Shown piece after piece: positions 1-12,700 of a stretch of 64,000 nucleotides of DNA. This DNA is from Lama glama (taxonomy: Eukaryota), in the NCBI GenBank assembly GCA_028534125.1, contig CM052816.1, forward strand, positions 91,638,001 through 91,702,000. The letters are read 5' to 3'. The stretch's first letter is position 1. The number at the start of each line of letters is the position of its first letter. A model generated the notes under the pieces. The model saw nothing but the letters and a program-made list of their open reading frames with translations, was not told where the DNA came from and made no database searches. The position numbers were made by a program, and so were the translations under genes.

Positions 1-1493
1 GAAATAGCTATATAAGATTCATGGGGTCTATGTGTTTTAAACAAACAAGAAAAAACAAATATGTAATTATAATTATTTACTAATAGTTACTGTTGTCAAC
101 ATACCTATAGACAAGAGTCATCTCTGTCTATAGACTTTAAGGGGAACATCAGGGTTCAAAATAATTTTCCACTCAATTTTCATCCTTAATTTTTAAGTAG
201 TTGAAACTCTTAAATGTGCATTAGAAAGTGTAGTGTGAGAAAAAACAGGGGGGTCCAGAAAGACTCTCCAAGGACGATGCACATTTTAAATGTGTAGTCG
301 AGGGAGAAGAGAAGTCAGTAGAAGACAGTCTAGGCTCTGGGAGGAGAGAAAGACCCAGAAACCATGGGGTAAAAAAAGCATTTCAAGAAGGGCTGGGGTT
401 ATCAGTGCCAAAGGTAGCAGACATACACTGAGGTAAAGATACAAATATTGCAGCTTTTAAACATTTCAGCATTGAAGACAGTCTCAGTGGAACCACTCAT
501 GGTGGGCTTGCCTAACTTCCTAACGTGGGGAGTGCGCTGGCTGGGCCGGTCTGGGGCTGCAGCAGGTGAAGCGCACCCATATGCCTTTCCCACACTCCAA
601 CACGCAGGACGAACAGTTGTTTTTCTTCATGGCCTTAGAAACGTCATGAGACATTAGTATTTGCTCCCAAACAAAGCTCACTTGTCCATTTATCCTCCTT
701 TTGCTTTGCACTGAGTGATTAAGTTTCAAAACTTTCTCTTAAGATAAAGCTACTGCTGATCCCAGAGCGATACAAACAGCCACCGAGGATGGAGTCTGCA
801 TCCAGGAATCCACAGCCCTAAGAGCTGCCACTGTCAGATGCCGACCTCAGATTCCTGACTTCCTACCAAGTCAGTTTCGAGGAAGATGCCTTGTGTTCTG
901 GGTCTTCGACCACCTTGACTTGTAGCCATCCTCAGCTCTTATAATAGCTTAACACTACTCATCGTCACAGTAATAACCAAAAGGGAAGCGATTAGGTAAT
1001 AGATTTTCTACAGAGGGTGGTCTAAATCAGCTCTATTGAGATTTTGGCTCAATTCTCCTTTGCTGGATTCAATCTAAGCATGCTTGCCTTAAATGTCAAT
1101 TGTAACCAAACATAAATGTCTTGTTAAAACAAGTTTATCGTCACTAAACTTAACTGTGGTCTCTGATTAGCTGTTTTGAATTTAAATTAAGTGTATTTAT
1201 GGTTGTTTTTCCTTTTGATGATACGTCAGCAACATATGGGCAGAACTATGTGTCTCAGATCTTTTAAAAATGCCCTAGAATTTCTCCTGTGAAGTTTGAA
1301 AGAACAGGTGTCACAGTAAATTTTTTCCAACATACGCAGTTAAAGATAAATTGAGTGTTTACTGCTTTATGAAAAGATTCTTTATGAAAGGAATAACTAT
1401 AAATTTCTAATAAGAAACAACTGTCTAATTTTATAAAATAATGTTATTCACAGTATTTCAATTTATGTTATAGTTTGGGTATTTGTCTGTTAG

Positions 1494-1689
1494 CACAAGT
1501 GAGAGACCCAAACCTGCAAAGTCTGAATGCCTCAGCACCTTCTTACAAGTGAAGTAGCAGAAGAAGCCAAGGACTCACAAGATGTCCAAGAGGAGGACCA
1601 GCCTCGACAAAGGATGAAGATACAGTGGACAGCTGACTTATCCCAATTCTCCTCATAAAGTTCCTCTCAAAGGTTCCATCATAATATAG
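1494..1689 (+). pseudogene. Exon remnant of the fossil gene
   Basis: Acceptor ttgtctgttag|1494. Frame reads KG*RYSGQLTYPNSPHKVPLKG, with TGA 1615-1617 at the expected Cys position. It parallels HHTYTGSTLKVPDG at about 58035-58076. Confidence 0.5.
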
Positions 1690-1829
1690 GACGTAGATAG
1701 CCATAGTGTTTGATTGACAGGAGGCTCCAAGCTGACAGAGGCCAGGTCACATGGCTCTCTGCTCCAAAACTTGCAGGGTGCCTTGGGCTAACCAGGGGAG
1801 GACATGTCACATGATCTGGCTGCTCATTC

Positions 1830-2770
1830 CTCTAGAACCCAGTTCTTATAACTCTTCGTCTTTTCCATATAGCTCAGGCACACAGTTTCTCACTATTCCT
1901 TGAATATACCAGGCTTAACTCCCACTTAGAAGCTTGGCACGACCCGTTGCCTTTGTTAGAATGCCCTCATCATAAATATCTACATGGCTCACTCCTTATC
2001 TTAGTTTGTTTGGGCTGCTATAAGAAAATACCATAGATTGGGTGGCTTATAAATAATAGAAATTTATTTCTTATAGTTCTGGAGGTTCTAAGTTCAAGAC
2101 CAAGGCACCATCACATTCTGTGTCTAGGGGAGCCCAGTTCTTGGTTCATAGATGGCCGTCTTCTCACCATAATTCACATAAAGGACGATGCTAGGGAGTT
2201 CTCTGGGATCCTTTTTTTTCCACCCTCATGACCTAATCACCACCCAAAGGGTAAAAATTCTAACACATGGGGGGATATAAATGTTCAGTCTACAGCACTC
2301 CCATACCGTATGCAGGTCTTTGCTCACATGTCACCTTCTTGGTGGGGCTGACCTAGAACATCTTATTTAAAATTGCAGCTCCCTTGCCTACCACCTTGAT
2401 CTTCCCAATTTCTCTTCACATGATCCATTTTTTCTTTTTCTTTTTTTCTCTATAGCAGTTATCACTTTCCAAAGTACAATACTATATTTCTCATTTATCA
2501 TGTTTATTGAATATTGTCTTTGTTCCAGAAGAGCAGGGATCATTACTTTGTTCATTGGTGCATCTCTGAAAACAATTTCTGGCACAAAGTAAGTGTGTAA
2601 TACACACTTGATGAATGAATTAATGAATGAGTTAAATTGGCAGAATATTGTGCAATGGTAAGATAAAAGGACCATGGGGGCAAAGACCATCTGGATTTTG
2701 ATCACCATGATATCCTTAGCATCTAGGACAGTCCCCAGCATGGAGTATCTACTGAATGAGTGAATGATCA
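1830..2770 (+). mobile_element. L2 LINE 3' fragments, interrupted by an MLT1 LTR
   Basis: L2-type text (acatggctcactcc...caggtctttgctcacatgtcacctt) resumes after the LTR and ends in (tgaa)n tails at about 2610-2630 and 2750-2770. Confidence 0.7.
1997..2297 (-). mobile_element. MaLR LTR (MLT1A-like)
   Basis: tatcttagtttgtttgggctgctataagaaaataccatagattgggtggcttataaa... with 5-bp TSD ctcct/ctccc. Confidence 0.8.
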
Positions 2771-3109
2771 TTATTGGGGAAGGGGTAGGAGTCATAAAAC
2801 CCAAATAAGTTAAGTGAAAAATGAATACCTTTGGGCAAGGATTAAGGTCTTTTTGTGCCCCAAATCCTGCCCAGAGTTCTTTAGCTTTACACAGGTCATA
2901 AAATTACCCAGGGTGCTGTGAAAAAAGATTATTCTTTTCAGTTATCTGAGAATTCAAAAGGCTGCATGTACTCAAAAGAAAGTCCTGACAGAAGTGACAG
3001 CATCTGATATGCAAAGCAAAAGTACATGAAGAGGATTTGTCCTGTGACATAATGTACAGGATTCTACTGCAGGATGAAACTCTCTTTTCAGTGTTCTTTT
3101 CTTGTATTG

Positions 3110-3290
3110 TAATCAGAGATCATGGGCTTTGGAGGCAGATCGACTTGCATCAAACACCCTCTCCATCATTTCCTACACTGTGTGAATTCCAGAAAGTCAC
3201 TTTCTTTTTCTGGGTCTCCATATCTTGTATTTTAAAACAATACACACTCTTCGGGGGTTTTCTGAAGCTAAAAAGTATATGTCAAGTAAA
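3110..3290 (+). mobile_element. MIR SINE fragment
   Basis: catgggctttggaggcagatcgacttg...ctgtgtga..agtcactt core. Confidence 0.55.
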
Positions 3291-3897
3291 ATGCCCATTC
3301 TCCCTAAAATCACTGTGCCTGCCCTTTAGTCCTTCCTGTGCATGATTCTAATATTTCTACACTGTAATTATGTGTAACAATACATAATTACATATTATAA
3401 TTCTAAATCAGATTTTGTTTTCTCATCCAAAGTCTAACTATTAGACCATGTTCTTCCTATATTTTCTTCTTGCATGTTACACTGGAACTGTACTGTAGAA
3501 AATGCCACAAGAAATTGGAATTGAAGTACAGGACATTTCATTTCTTTCTTCAGTGGAAATCTAGCCACGAGTGCTTATGAATGCTGAGTTCCTTAAACAT
3601 TATAGCATTACATCAGAATATTTACTCAAGGGCAGGTCAATGATTCATATGTTACTAACTATTTACATTTGGAAGAAGCTAATGGTGTATATCCCTGATA
3701 ACTCATGACTTGATTACCAAGCAAAAGTGACCATTAAAAGATGAAACTGTAGTTTTACAACGACTAGCCCAGCTCCATTACTTGGAAATATGTCTTCTTG
3801 GAATGTGATTAACATTTAGCTTCTGGAATTAAAGACTAAGCAAATTGGTAGCCAATGAATTTGTTAATTTTTCTATTGTCTACTTATGTCTTCGCAG

Positions 3898-4039
3898 ATA
3901 CCGCTTGCATGATGTAAATCTTACTGAGAAAGGAGGACTTCTGTAATCTGTATACTTCCAGAAGGCCAGGTTTTCAGCTTCAAGGCTATAAAATACACGC
4001 TGCACAAGAGGAAACGGGAGTCTTGAAGGATTAAGACAG
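3898..4039 (+). pseudogene. Exon remnant of the fossil gene
   Basis: Strong acceptor ttatgtcttcgcag|3898. Reads YRLHDVNL, then in a shifted frame KEDFCNLYTSRRPGFQLQGYKIHAAQEETGVLKD*; both pieces resemble the module. Confidence 0.5.
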
Positions 4040-4997
4040 GTTCGCACAGCTTCTTAGTGGCCGAGCTATGATGTGAATTTCTTGAAAGAGAAGAGTTAAG
4101 ACCACGGATTTATAATCAGAGCGCCATGCATTTAGGGGTGTCTGGAGTGCTTCCAGCCATCAGACTCAGAGCAGCAATTCGTTTATCTGTTTTATGTGTG
4201 TGTCTTACATGGAAGACAAAGATCCTACTAAAAATTTTTATGCACTACCTGTGCCAAAGTATAATTTTCAAAACCTTAAAACATGCCTTTCATATAAATG
4301 TAGAGTGAGCAAATGTAAACATTTTCTTTAACGCTTGGATAAGGGAACCAGACAGAGAGATTCAAAAGAGAATGAGAATATACAGGCAGTGGAAAAATAA
4401 TTTTGTAATATGATTTCTGTATCAGATGTATAGCTGATTCCCTACAGAGAAGAGGTCTTTTCTGAAGACAGAAAACATCTGACCTCTACTGGGCCAAAAT
4501 CTACACTTTAACAGATCACTTCATAGAACTTAGGCTTTTAGTCAACAGTACTTAGCGAGTCAAACAAAATTACATTCCCTAATCAAGTATACAATCCTTG
4601 GGTGAATCTATTAAACAGTCTTTCTATGTGGCACCAAAGTGACATGCTACCCTAGCTTGGCCTTATTTTCAAGTTCTGGATATTTTTTTTAACTCCTAGT
4701 AAGTGTCTTCCTGGAAACTGAAAATAGATTAGTAAGTACAATGAAGATAATAACGTTTTACTAACAGATGGCTCTACGGTTTACCATTTTATAATTATAA
4801 AATTACCCAGACAGTGAAAATGGCAGATGGATATTTCTGATGCAAGAGAGCATGGCTGTTATCTTCTAAGAGTAGAAACCAGGTCATCCCTATAAAGAGT
4901 GTTACCAAAATATGTATTTCAAATAAAAATGATTACTCATGTCAAAGCAGTTAATGACATCACGATAACCTTAGACTGTTCACACACTTCTTCTCAG

Positions 4998-5181
4998 ACA
5001 GCACTGAGAAGCCGATGCAGGGCAGGAAAAGTGATGGATCGAAGGTGTCCTTCCTGACCTGGATGGGAAGATACACAAAGCTCCTTTCAGGACAACCTCT
5101 TTTAGCTTGAATATAGGTCTCTGTGCATCAAAGGGACAGATGACAAAATCTGGTCCAACACAGCAGGCAACAAAGCCATGG
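4998..5181 (+). pseudogene. Possible exon remnant
   Basis: Acceptor cttcttctcag|4998 and donor atgg|gtagga. Fragments GKVMDRRC, LDGKIHKA and LCASKGQMTKSG lie in different frames. Confidence 0.35.
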
Positions 5182-6470
5182 GTAGGATTGGAAAGACTTG
5201 ATTCGTGTGGCCATTGTTTTAGACTGGGAGTCTTGCTCCATGTTTGCCGAAATTAAATTCAGAGGGGAGATACTGGAGCTGATTTATTACAGCAAAGCAG
5301 AGTAGGTAACTCACACGTGTAAGGAGTCCTTTTGATTTCTGACTCAGTCAACCCGACGTACAATGTACTGGATACAGGTCTCTGAGGTCTCTTACTGCCT
5401 TGGTTCTTCTCCGCATTTGGACCAAGAGAATTTCTACAAACTCAGAGTGTTTTGTGTCACCCAAGTGTCTGTATTCTCTTTCCTGGTCCTACTTGCAAAA
5501 TCTTCCTTAATTGAACTAGTTATTCTCCAGATGGTCACTCTCAATGCTTTGTATTAAGAAGGGTCATTTGACCCAATGTGGAATCAAAGTGTTTTTAAAT
5601 CACGTTTCTGAGAATCATTCAAAATTCCATTACTTTTGAATATACAAATTTGCACAGAGGGGTAACCCACTGATACTTATTTCGGAACAAATGATTTTCT
5701 TGCTTGATTTATTCCCTAGGCAGTGCAATTTCTAGGATTTGTAAAAAAAAGTCTTTATAAAGATGCAACAAAACCATATTATATGATATTACGAGACTGC
5801 AATTTTCTGAGGTTGCTTGCTCCTGTGATCCTTCTCCCCAACACTTAGGCGGCAGAGAGGGCTTCCTCTATGAACTGGCCTCAGGGAAAAAGTAACACAA
5901 GGGCAGCTCAAAACAGGCTTTTGAAATTCATAGCAGAGGCAACAGTCCTGAAAGTCAAAATGATTTAAACTCACAAGAAAGGCCTAGGTCTTTCCAGTGA
6001 GCAAAAGATGTGTGGGTGCCGTTAATCAAGGCCTGGAGTACTTAGATGACAGAGTTTATACGGTAAACCGTGGAGCAGGGAGGGCTGTGTTAAGACTGAG
6101 AGCTGCTTACTTCTGCTGAAGGCCAGGGATTGGGGTGAAAAGAAGAGAAGAGGTCCCACAGGGTGGGTGACAGAAGAGCAAGGGCCACGCACCTCCTGTT
6201 TATAAAGGATGAGTCTCAACTTGAGGATTCCATGCGTATACACAGATGGCCATTATCTTCTTTCCTAATGAAAGATGTTATGCAGGTCTCTGCACCCCTG
6301 TCCCCAGCCCCACGTATCCTGATACATCACCCCCCCATCCCCTCAGAATTCACACCACTTTCCATGAAGAGGAGTGTTCTCACCGCCTCCACGAGAGAGC
6401 CTGGTGTAGCGATGGAACAGTGTTTCCTAGAATGAGTTTCAGAGAACACGGCTTGAAAAACAGACCTCTG

Positions 6471-7255
6471 CCCAGGAATCCCACTCCTGGGCTTGTACCC
6501 AGAAGGAAATCTACTTCAGGATGACACCTGCACCCCAATGTTCATAGCAGCACTATTTACAATAGCCAAAACATGGAAACAACCTAAATGTCCATCAACA
6601 GGTGACTGGATAAAGANNNNNNNNNNNNNNNNNNNNNNNNNNNNNNNNNNNNNNNNNNNNNNNNNNNNNNNNNNNNNNNNNNNNNNNNNNNNNNNNNNNN
6701 NNNNNNNNNNNNNNNNNNNNNNNNNNNNNNNNNNNNNNNNNNNNNNNNNNNNNNNNNNNNNNNNNNNNNNNNNNNNNNNNNNNNNNNNNNNNNNNNNNNN
6801 NNNNNNNNNNNNNNNNNNNNNNNNNNNNNNNNNNNNNNNNNNNNNNNNNNNNNNNNNNNNNNNNNNNNNNNNNNNNNNNNNNNNNNNNNNNNNNNNNNNN
6901 NNNNNNNNNNNNNNNNNNNNNNNNNNNNNNNNNNNNNNNNNNNNNNNNNNNNNNNNNNNNNNNNNNNNNNNNNNNNNNNNNNNNNNNNNNNNNNNNNNNN
7001 NNNNNNNNNNNNNNNNNNNNNNNNNNNNNNNNNNNNNNNNNNNNNNNNNNNNNNNNNNNNNNNNNNNNNNNNNNNNNNNNNNNNNNNNNNNNNNNNNNNN
7101 NNNNNNNNNNNNNNNNAAATCACAGAGAAAAAAATGTGACAATGAGTGTGTATATGTCCATGAATGACTGAAAAATTGTGCTGAACACTGGAATTTGACA
7201 CAACACTGTAAAATGATTATGAATCAATAAAAAATGTTAAAAAAAAAAAAGAAAA
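6471..7255 (+). mobile_element. Young 5'-truncated L1 (camelid-type 3' UTR) spanning a gap
   Basis: ORF2 C-terminal motif TCTPMFIAALFTIAKTWKQPKCPS, aataaa and a poly(A) tail. Perfect 16-bp TSD gaaaaacagacctctg at 6455-6470 and 7256-7271. Confidence 0.92.
6617..7116. other. Assembly gap (exactly 500 N)
   Basis: Run of N. Confidence 1.
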
Positions 7256-8183
7256 GAAAAACAGACCTCTGGACTCAGCCTGCATGTCAGCCTATTGGAG
7301 CTTTTGTAAACGTTCTGTGTGGGACAGGAGAACCTCTTGGTGTTTCCCTGGAGTACGTGGCCAGAGAAAATCCATTAAAACACAGATATCATTTTCCCTG
7401 GAAGGAGGCTGACACTCTGTGAGTCTGTTGTTTTTTTTTTCTTTTTTTGAAAGAAAGAAACCACTTTATTTGGAAAAGCAAACTGGAATTTAGCATGTGT
7501 GCAAAAAATAAATTTATAAAGCAAGCCATTCTCTAGGTCCCACCCGAGGCTGTTGCTCCTTGAATCACACTGTGGGGCCCCCTGGGCCAGCTCCCTGGCT
7601 GTGGGGTCAGTGTGTCTTGGGGTGGCCTCGTGTTCTAGGTTTTCCCCAAATAAGAATCACACTACTTAGTACTGTTGACAGTATCAGACGAGTCTGTGTC
7701 ACACAGAACATGCAGAATCTGGACTATGGTGAGGTGTCCCGTGCCCTTTGCCTTTCCTCCTTTTTCTCACACCCCCACTGCTGAGAATGTTCTGACTCAC
7801 ATCCCCTCCTGTCTACATTCTCCGCAGCCTTCAGTTTGAAAGGCCACCATCTCTAGGAAGGGTTCAGCTGTTCAACTGACATGCAATCTCCCTTGAGGTT
7901 CCAAAGCTTTTTATTTCACTCGAAGTTAGAAGAATCTTAAGGCTCTTTAGTCAAACTGACGACTCTTTTGATTGCTGGCACTGGAAGCATTCTGCCCTCT
8001 GCTATCATTACTGAGTCCGTCTCAACATTTCTTTGAAGGCTTTAGAAACTTTAAACTTTGATTTTTACGCCTCTGGAAAGAACCTTGACTAAATAGGCAC
8101 CCATTTGATATCTGATGGATTGGACGGGTTGCTGGGAGACAGAAGCAGGGACCAAAGGGGGAACCTCAAATAATACAAACAGT

Positions 8184-8300
8184 GTGTCAGTCAAGATGAG
8201 CTAGGCTGTGCTGCAGTAACAAATAGCCCCAGTATCTAAGTGGTTCAAACAATAAAGATGTATTCCTTCTTCCACTAAGACTTGATGGAAACAAGGGTGC
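8184..8300 (-). mobile_element. Old MaLR LTR end (MLT1J/K-like)
   Basis: tgtcagtcaagatgagctaggctgtgctgcagtaacaaatagcccc...gtggttcaaacaataaag. Confidence 0.6.
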
Positions 8301-9314
8301 CCCCCATGTCCCCTCGTGGAGGCTGATGCTAGGACACAGGAGGAAAGCAGGCTCTCAGTGAACCTGGAGCCTTCAGAGGACACTGGTGCGGAGCCAGAGG
8401 TGGGGACTTCGGTGAGCAGACATCCAAGCAAAGATGATTGTCCCTGGTTACCTTTTCCCTCCTCTATCCCTACATATTTTCCAGAATGACTACGTTCAAC
8501 TTTTTATATTGTCATTTCTAAAATTTTTTCCAACAAAATTTTTGTGTGTAAGTAAACATCACCTTAAGACGCAAATACAGCCAGGAAAGTGAAGTTTATC
8601 ATGGTGGAGTTGGCCCCAGTTAAATCAGCTTGTTTGCTTCCTAGGAGTGATTCACAGCAGTCAGCCAGGGGCACTCACTTTTGATGTTGGGCGGTGAGCA
8701 GATTGGCAATTCTGACTCATAGATGATGTCCTGACTGGAGACAGGCCGTAGTGAGCAAGGAACTGGCACAACAGCCACAAGGTAGAAGAAGAAAGTCTGC
8801 AGAAGCAGGTGGCTAGGTAGGGAAGACGGACTTGGGCTATTCTGAAATTTTGCTTGGTTTCGCCTTACCCTCAGGATAAGGAAGGAAGAAACTACTATCT
8901 CCCCGCCCCGACTCATGCCCATCATTCCTCAGATCCTGAAACCAGGAATAGGCTGACACCAGCTGTGTTTAAGCCAGAATAATGACATACAGTTTCCTAA
9001 TTTGTTACTTTTCATAAAAAAAACCTTCAAGTTCTTCTCCAAGAAAAACTGAATGAGGTCCCAGGTTTTGAAGGACCCTGCATTCCGCAGGAGTAGAGTG
9101 TTATGCACTTTGTTTAACTCCAAGGGATACTTCTTTAAAGAAATCCAATCAGTATCCTTTATGCTGCTTTATTTCATTTAGGCCCTTCTTATTTTTAAAA
9201 ATGAGTCACTATGACTGTAATAAAAAGCTTAGCTATACCACTGAAACCAGTAGTGCTAGAATAAACAAGTAAGGGAGAGGAATGATGGAGGCAGGAAACC
9301 TGGACCAAGGATAA

Positions 9315-9535
9315 CAGTATTTGTCATCATTTGATACGTGTTTCCCATGTGTCAGTCTCAGTGCCGTGTGTCTTATGACTACATATTTAACCCTCACCAT
9401 GGCCCACGACGTATCCCTTTATATCCCCATTTTGCTGATGTGGAAAGTGAGGTACAAAGCAATTATGATGTCTGCTGACATAACAAGTAAGAAACAGAGC
9501 CTGGATCTGAAGTCAGGACATCTGGCTCCAGAACC
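9315..9535 (-). mobile_element. MIR SINE
   Basis: atccccattttgctgatgtggaaagtgaggtacaaag core. Confidence 0.65.
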
Positions 9536-10989
9536 TTCTTCCTGCTTCACCGCGTGCCTCTCCCCAGCACAGTCAGGTGACTGGATGGAAAATGTAGTCC
9601 TGGACTCTCAGACATCCCGGGCGAGGGTGAAAACACGGGGAGCTGCACAGCTTCTCCCTGCTTCGTAACAATCCCTCTCTTGCCCTTGTTTCACCTCAGC
9701 ATCTCCAACAAAGTAGCACCCAGTTAGCCAGGCAGGCGAGGGCTGGGTGGGAAGACGGGTGACAACCCCATGCCCCCGTCACCATGGCGGCCAACATCAG
9801 CAGCTCATGCGCCTTCCGGTGATGGCTGTAATCACAGTACTTTTATTAGAGGAACACATGCTAAGGTTACCATCATGTCTCATCTTTTGGCCTCAGATTC
9901 TGAGAATGAGCCAGAGGCCAGGACAGAGAACTTCCTGTCTGTGTCTCCAGGCAAAAAGGCTGGAGGGAAGTCTGTCCTAAAAGCACAAGGGAAGAGAGAA
10001 GAGGAGGGAGGGGCCTGGCTGGGCTCCAGGGGGCCTCCCTCACCATCCCATTCTCCCCTGGGGCATAGCTGATGGAGACCAAAACTCGCTCCAAGGCCAA
10101 CATGCGACTTTGATGAACACACATAGCTTAAAAAATCCTCAACCTCCCTTCTAATCCGGGATACGTAATTAAAACAAGCTCTATCTTGGGAACAGGGGTG
10201 GACCCCAGTTTGGGGGGGCCTGAGTTCTGTGCAGCTTGCGGGGCATCTTCTTTCAAGTTGGAGAGAAAAGAGACTGGAGTCTCACCTGATGATGGCAAAA
10301 CACCTTCCTTCTGCAAAATTTTCTGAAGCCTAAATGAATCCATTTCTAGATCTTTCCCAGGACCTTGGAAGGGCCCAGCCAAGTAGGGACACCACAGTGT
10401 TAGCCTCGTTGGCTTCAGGATTAATCCAGCCTTGCAGGGGAGGATTTTAAACAGAGAGAGGTGTGACCAAGAGACAAGCTACACAGGTGTACCTTTGTTC
10501 AGTGCCCACCCCACTTGTAATTCTCTGAGTACTTTTCAAGATGCCAATGATTTGAATTTCAGTTTTAATTTAAATTACTGGAATAATCACATTATATTAA
10601 CAGAAGAGGGCAGTCCCTTTTGGGGATCCTTACACAGGAAATATCCAAGTGCCATGTATTATTAATTCGCTAATAAAACAGCAATATTTCAAAAGTAAAA
10701 TTTGATGCTCTACTTTTCAAAGTTATGGCCCGACTGTGGAATAACAATTCATATTCATACTTTCGGGAGCGCTTCTAGGAAAATACAGACTGAGTTTGGA
10801 CTGGCAAACTTATATGCCAACTGGTGAATTTTAAAGCAATGAGAGCCAATGCTATTAAGATGAAAATAATTGTATATGATTCAGAATCCTAAATCATTAC
10901 CATATGTTACTTGGGTGACTCCCAACATTAGAAAAGAAATGTAAAAGTGGAAAAATGTACTATTTTAACCATTTATTTCTTGAGTACTT

Positions 10990-11079
10990 TTTAACCTCTT
11001 AACATAGGCACTGGGGATTGAATCTAGGACCCTGGACACAGAAATCACACTCTGCCACTGAGCTACACTCCCCACCCCC
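10990..11079 (-). mobile_element. tRNA-derived SINE (Vic-1-like), degenerate
   Basis: ctggggattgaatctaggacc...ctgccactgagctacactcccc is the reverse complement of the A and B boxes. Confidence 0.7.
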
Positions 11080-11106
11080 GGAGACGGTTTTGAAAGGTGG
11101 ATTTTA

Positions 11107-11284
11107 TTTTATTTTATTTTATTTTATTATTTTATTTTATTTTATTGTGTGTTTTTTTGGGGGGGGTAATTAGTTTTATTTATTTTTTATTACTATTTTT
11201 ACTTCATGGAGGTACTGAGGATCGAACCCATGACCTGGTGCATGCTAAGCATGTGCTTCATCACTGAGCTATACCCTCCTCCCC
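11107..11284 (-). mobile_element. tRNA-Ala-derived camelid SINE (Vic-1-like)
   Basis: Reverse strand reads ggggaggagggtatagctcagtg..cacatgcttagcatgc..ggttcgatcctcagtacctcc plus an (aaaat)n tail. TSD gaaaggtggatttta/gaaatgtgaatttta (13 of 15 match). Confidence 0.85.
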
Positions 11285-12294
11285 GAAATGTGAATTTTAG
11301 ATGGACTTGAATAGCAGCTGCCAGCTTTCCAAAAGTATAAGAAAACAAATTTTTTTAAAGCCTATAAATGTAGTATTTTTGTAGTTACAACTTTCCAGGG
11401 GTAAATGGCTTAGCAAATAGATAAACAAACACACAAATAAAAAGGTCACCAATGAGCTGCAGTAAAAAAGTCAAAGATAATTACTACAGAAGACAAGGGT
11501 TAAAAGAAAGGCTTAAGATGGCTCTGAAGTTTGAAGGGTTAATTTAAGGTCACTATTAAATAATAATATGAAAATTCACTATTAACTAGTTGGTTACTGC
11601 AACCCCATAAAGAAAGCCATATTAAAAACCTAATAATCCCGGGCAGTGGCCCAGGCTTCTGAAGGTCATAAATCACCATTAAATTAAGAGTATATGACTA
11701 ATATTGATGTTTTCTCATACCTCACTTTTGCCATGTCATTAAAAATTCTAATAACTCAAGCCGAGAAAACTTCTGAGAAACGGACAAGTAGTAAGTGAGG
11801 CAGGCAGGTTCACATGGACAGGCTCCTTGTGGCATTGGTTGCTTTGTCTCTAATCCTTTCTCAGATCCAGTGAAATTGTTTCCTGGTCAGCTGACAAATC
11901 ATTTGGTGAACACTATGGACCAGTTATCCCCACAGTGGCACTCTTCTGGACAGCACTGTAAGATTTCTACCACCAATTCTCTTTGGCCTTTCCAACATAC
12001 CATGGCAAGTCAGAGACTAAATCTAAACTTAAACCTTGGCAAAGAACACCCCCAGGGTGCCCCAGAACTCTGACTCTTTGGCCCACCCAGGATTCCTTAT
12101 TCACTTTCAGGCACCTCCTACCTCCTGACCTGAGCCAACAGGGTGACAGGTCAAAAAAACATCTCAGAAGGTGTTCCATTAGTCAGGGAAGGTCCCTGCT
12201 GGAGGAAATTTGTGCATTCTGTTTGGTTGATTAAAAACAACTCTTTAAAGCTACATTCCTAAGTTCCAACTAAGGTTTATTCATTCACTCAACC

Positions 12295-12487
12295 TAGGGT
12301 TACCAGATGAAGGACAGGACACCCAGTTCAGGCTGAACTTCAGATAGCCAATGATTTCTTAGCATGTGTATATCCCAAACATTGCATGGGAGATACTTGT
12401 AATAAACAAATTATGTGTTGTTTTAACTGGGTATTTTATATTTAACTGGGTATCCTATATTTTTATTTGGTAAATCTGGCAACCGTA
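12295..12487. mobile_element. hAT MITE (MER53-like)
   Basis: TIRs tagggttaccagat / atctggcaaccgta, 193 bp long, degenerate 8-bp TSD actcaacc/attcaatc. Confidence 0.8.
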
Positions 12488-12509
12488 ATTCAATCTTATA
12501 TTAATATAA

Positions 12510-12700
12510 CAGCCAGCAACACCTACACAGCACCGACTATGTCAGCACTTAACAGGTTTTTATGTGTTTGTATTTCCAACAGTAACCTCATGAGGTTGTT
12601 ATTACCCCCATTTCACAGGTGTGAAAATGGAAGCACAGAAAATTAAGGTGAACATTCCCTTATGAAATCAAGTATTTTAAACCTGGACCCCCAAGCTTAG
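12510..12700 (-). mobile_element. MIR SINE
   Basis: attacccccatttcacaggtgtgaaaatggaagcacaga core. Confidence 0.65.

Noticed and set aside
2388..2804. 138-aa minus-strand ORF
   Set aside because: It is an antisense reading of L2 3' fragments.
6493..7201. Long ORFs of 205-224 aa (and 208-298 aa at 40983-42069)
   Set aside because: These are artefacts of reading through 500-N gaps; the real residues are L1 ORF2 or LTR sequence.
10285..10330. Minus-strand exon-like segments (here and about 39088-39132) with gtgag/gtaagt donors
   Set aside because: They are isolated, give no recognisable peptide and form no consistent chain; this many such sites are expected by chance.
11205..11284. tRNA-Ala gene
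   Set aside because: It has an A-rich tail, a TSD and degenerate stems, so it is a SINE head rather than a tRNA gene.
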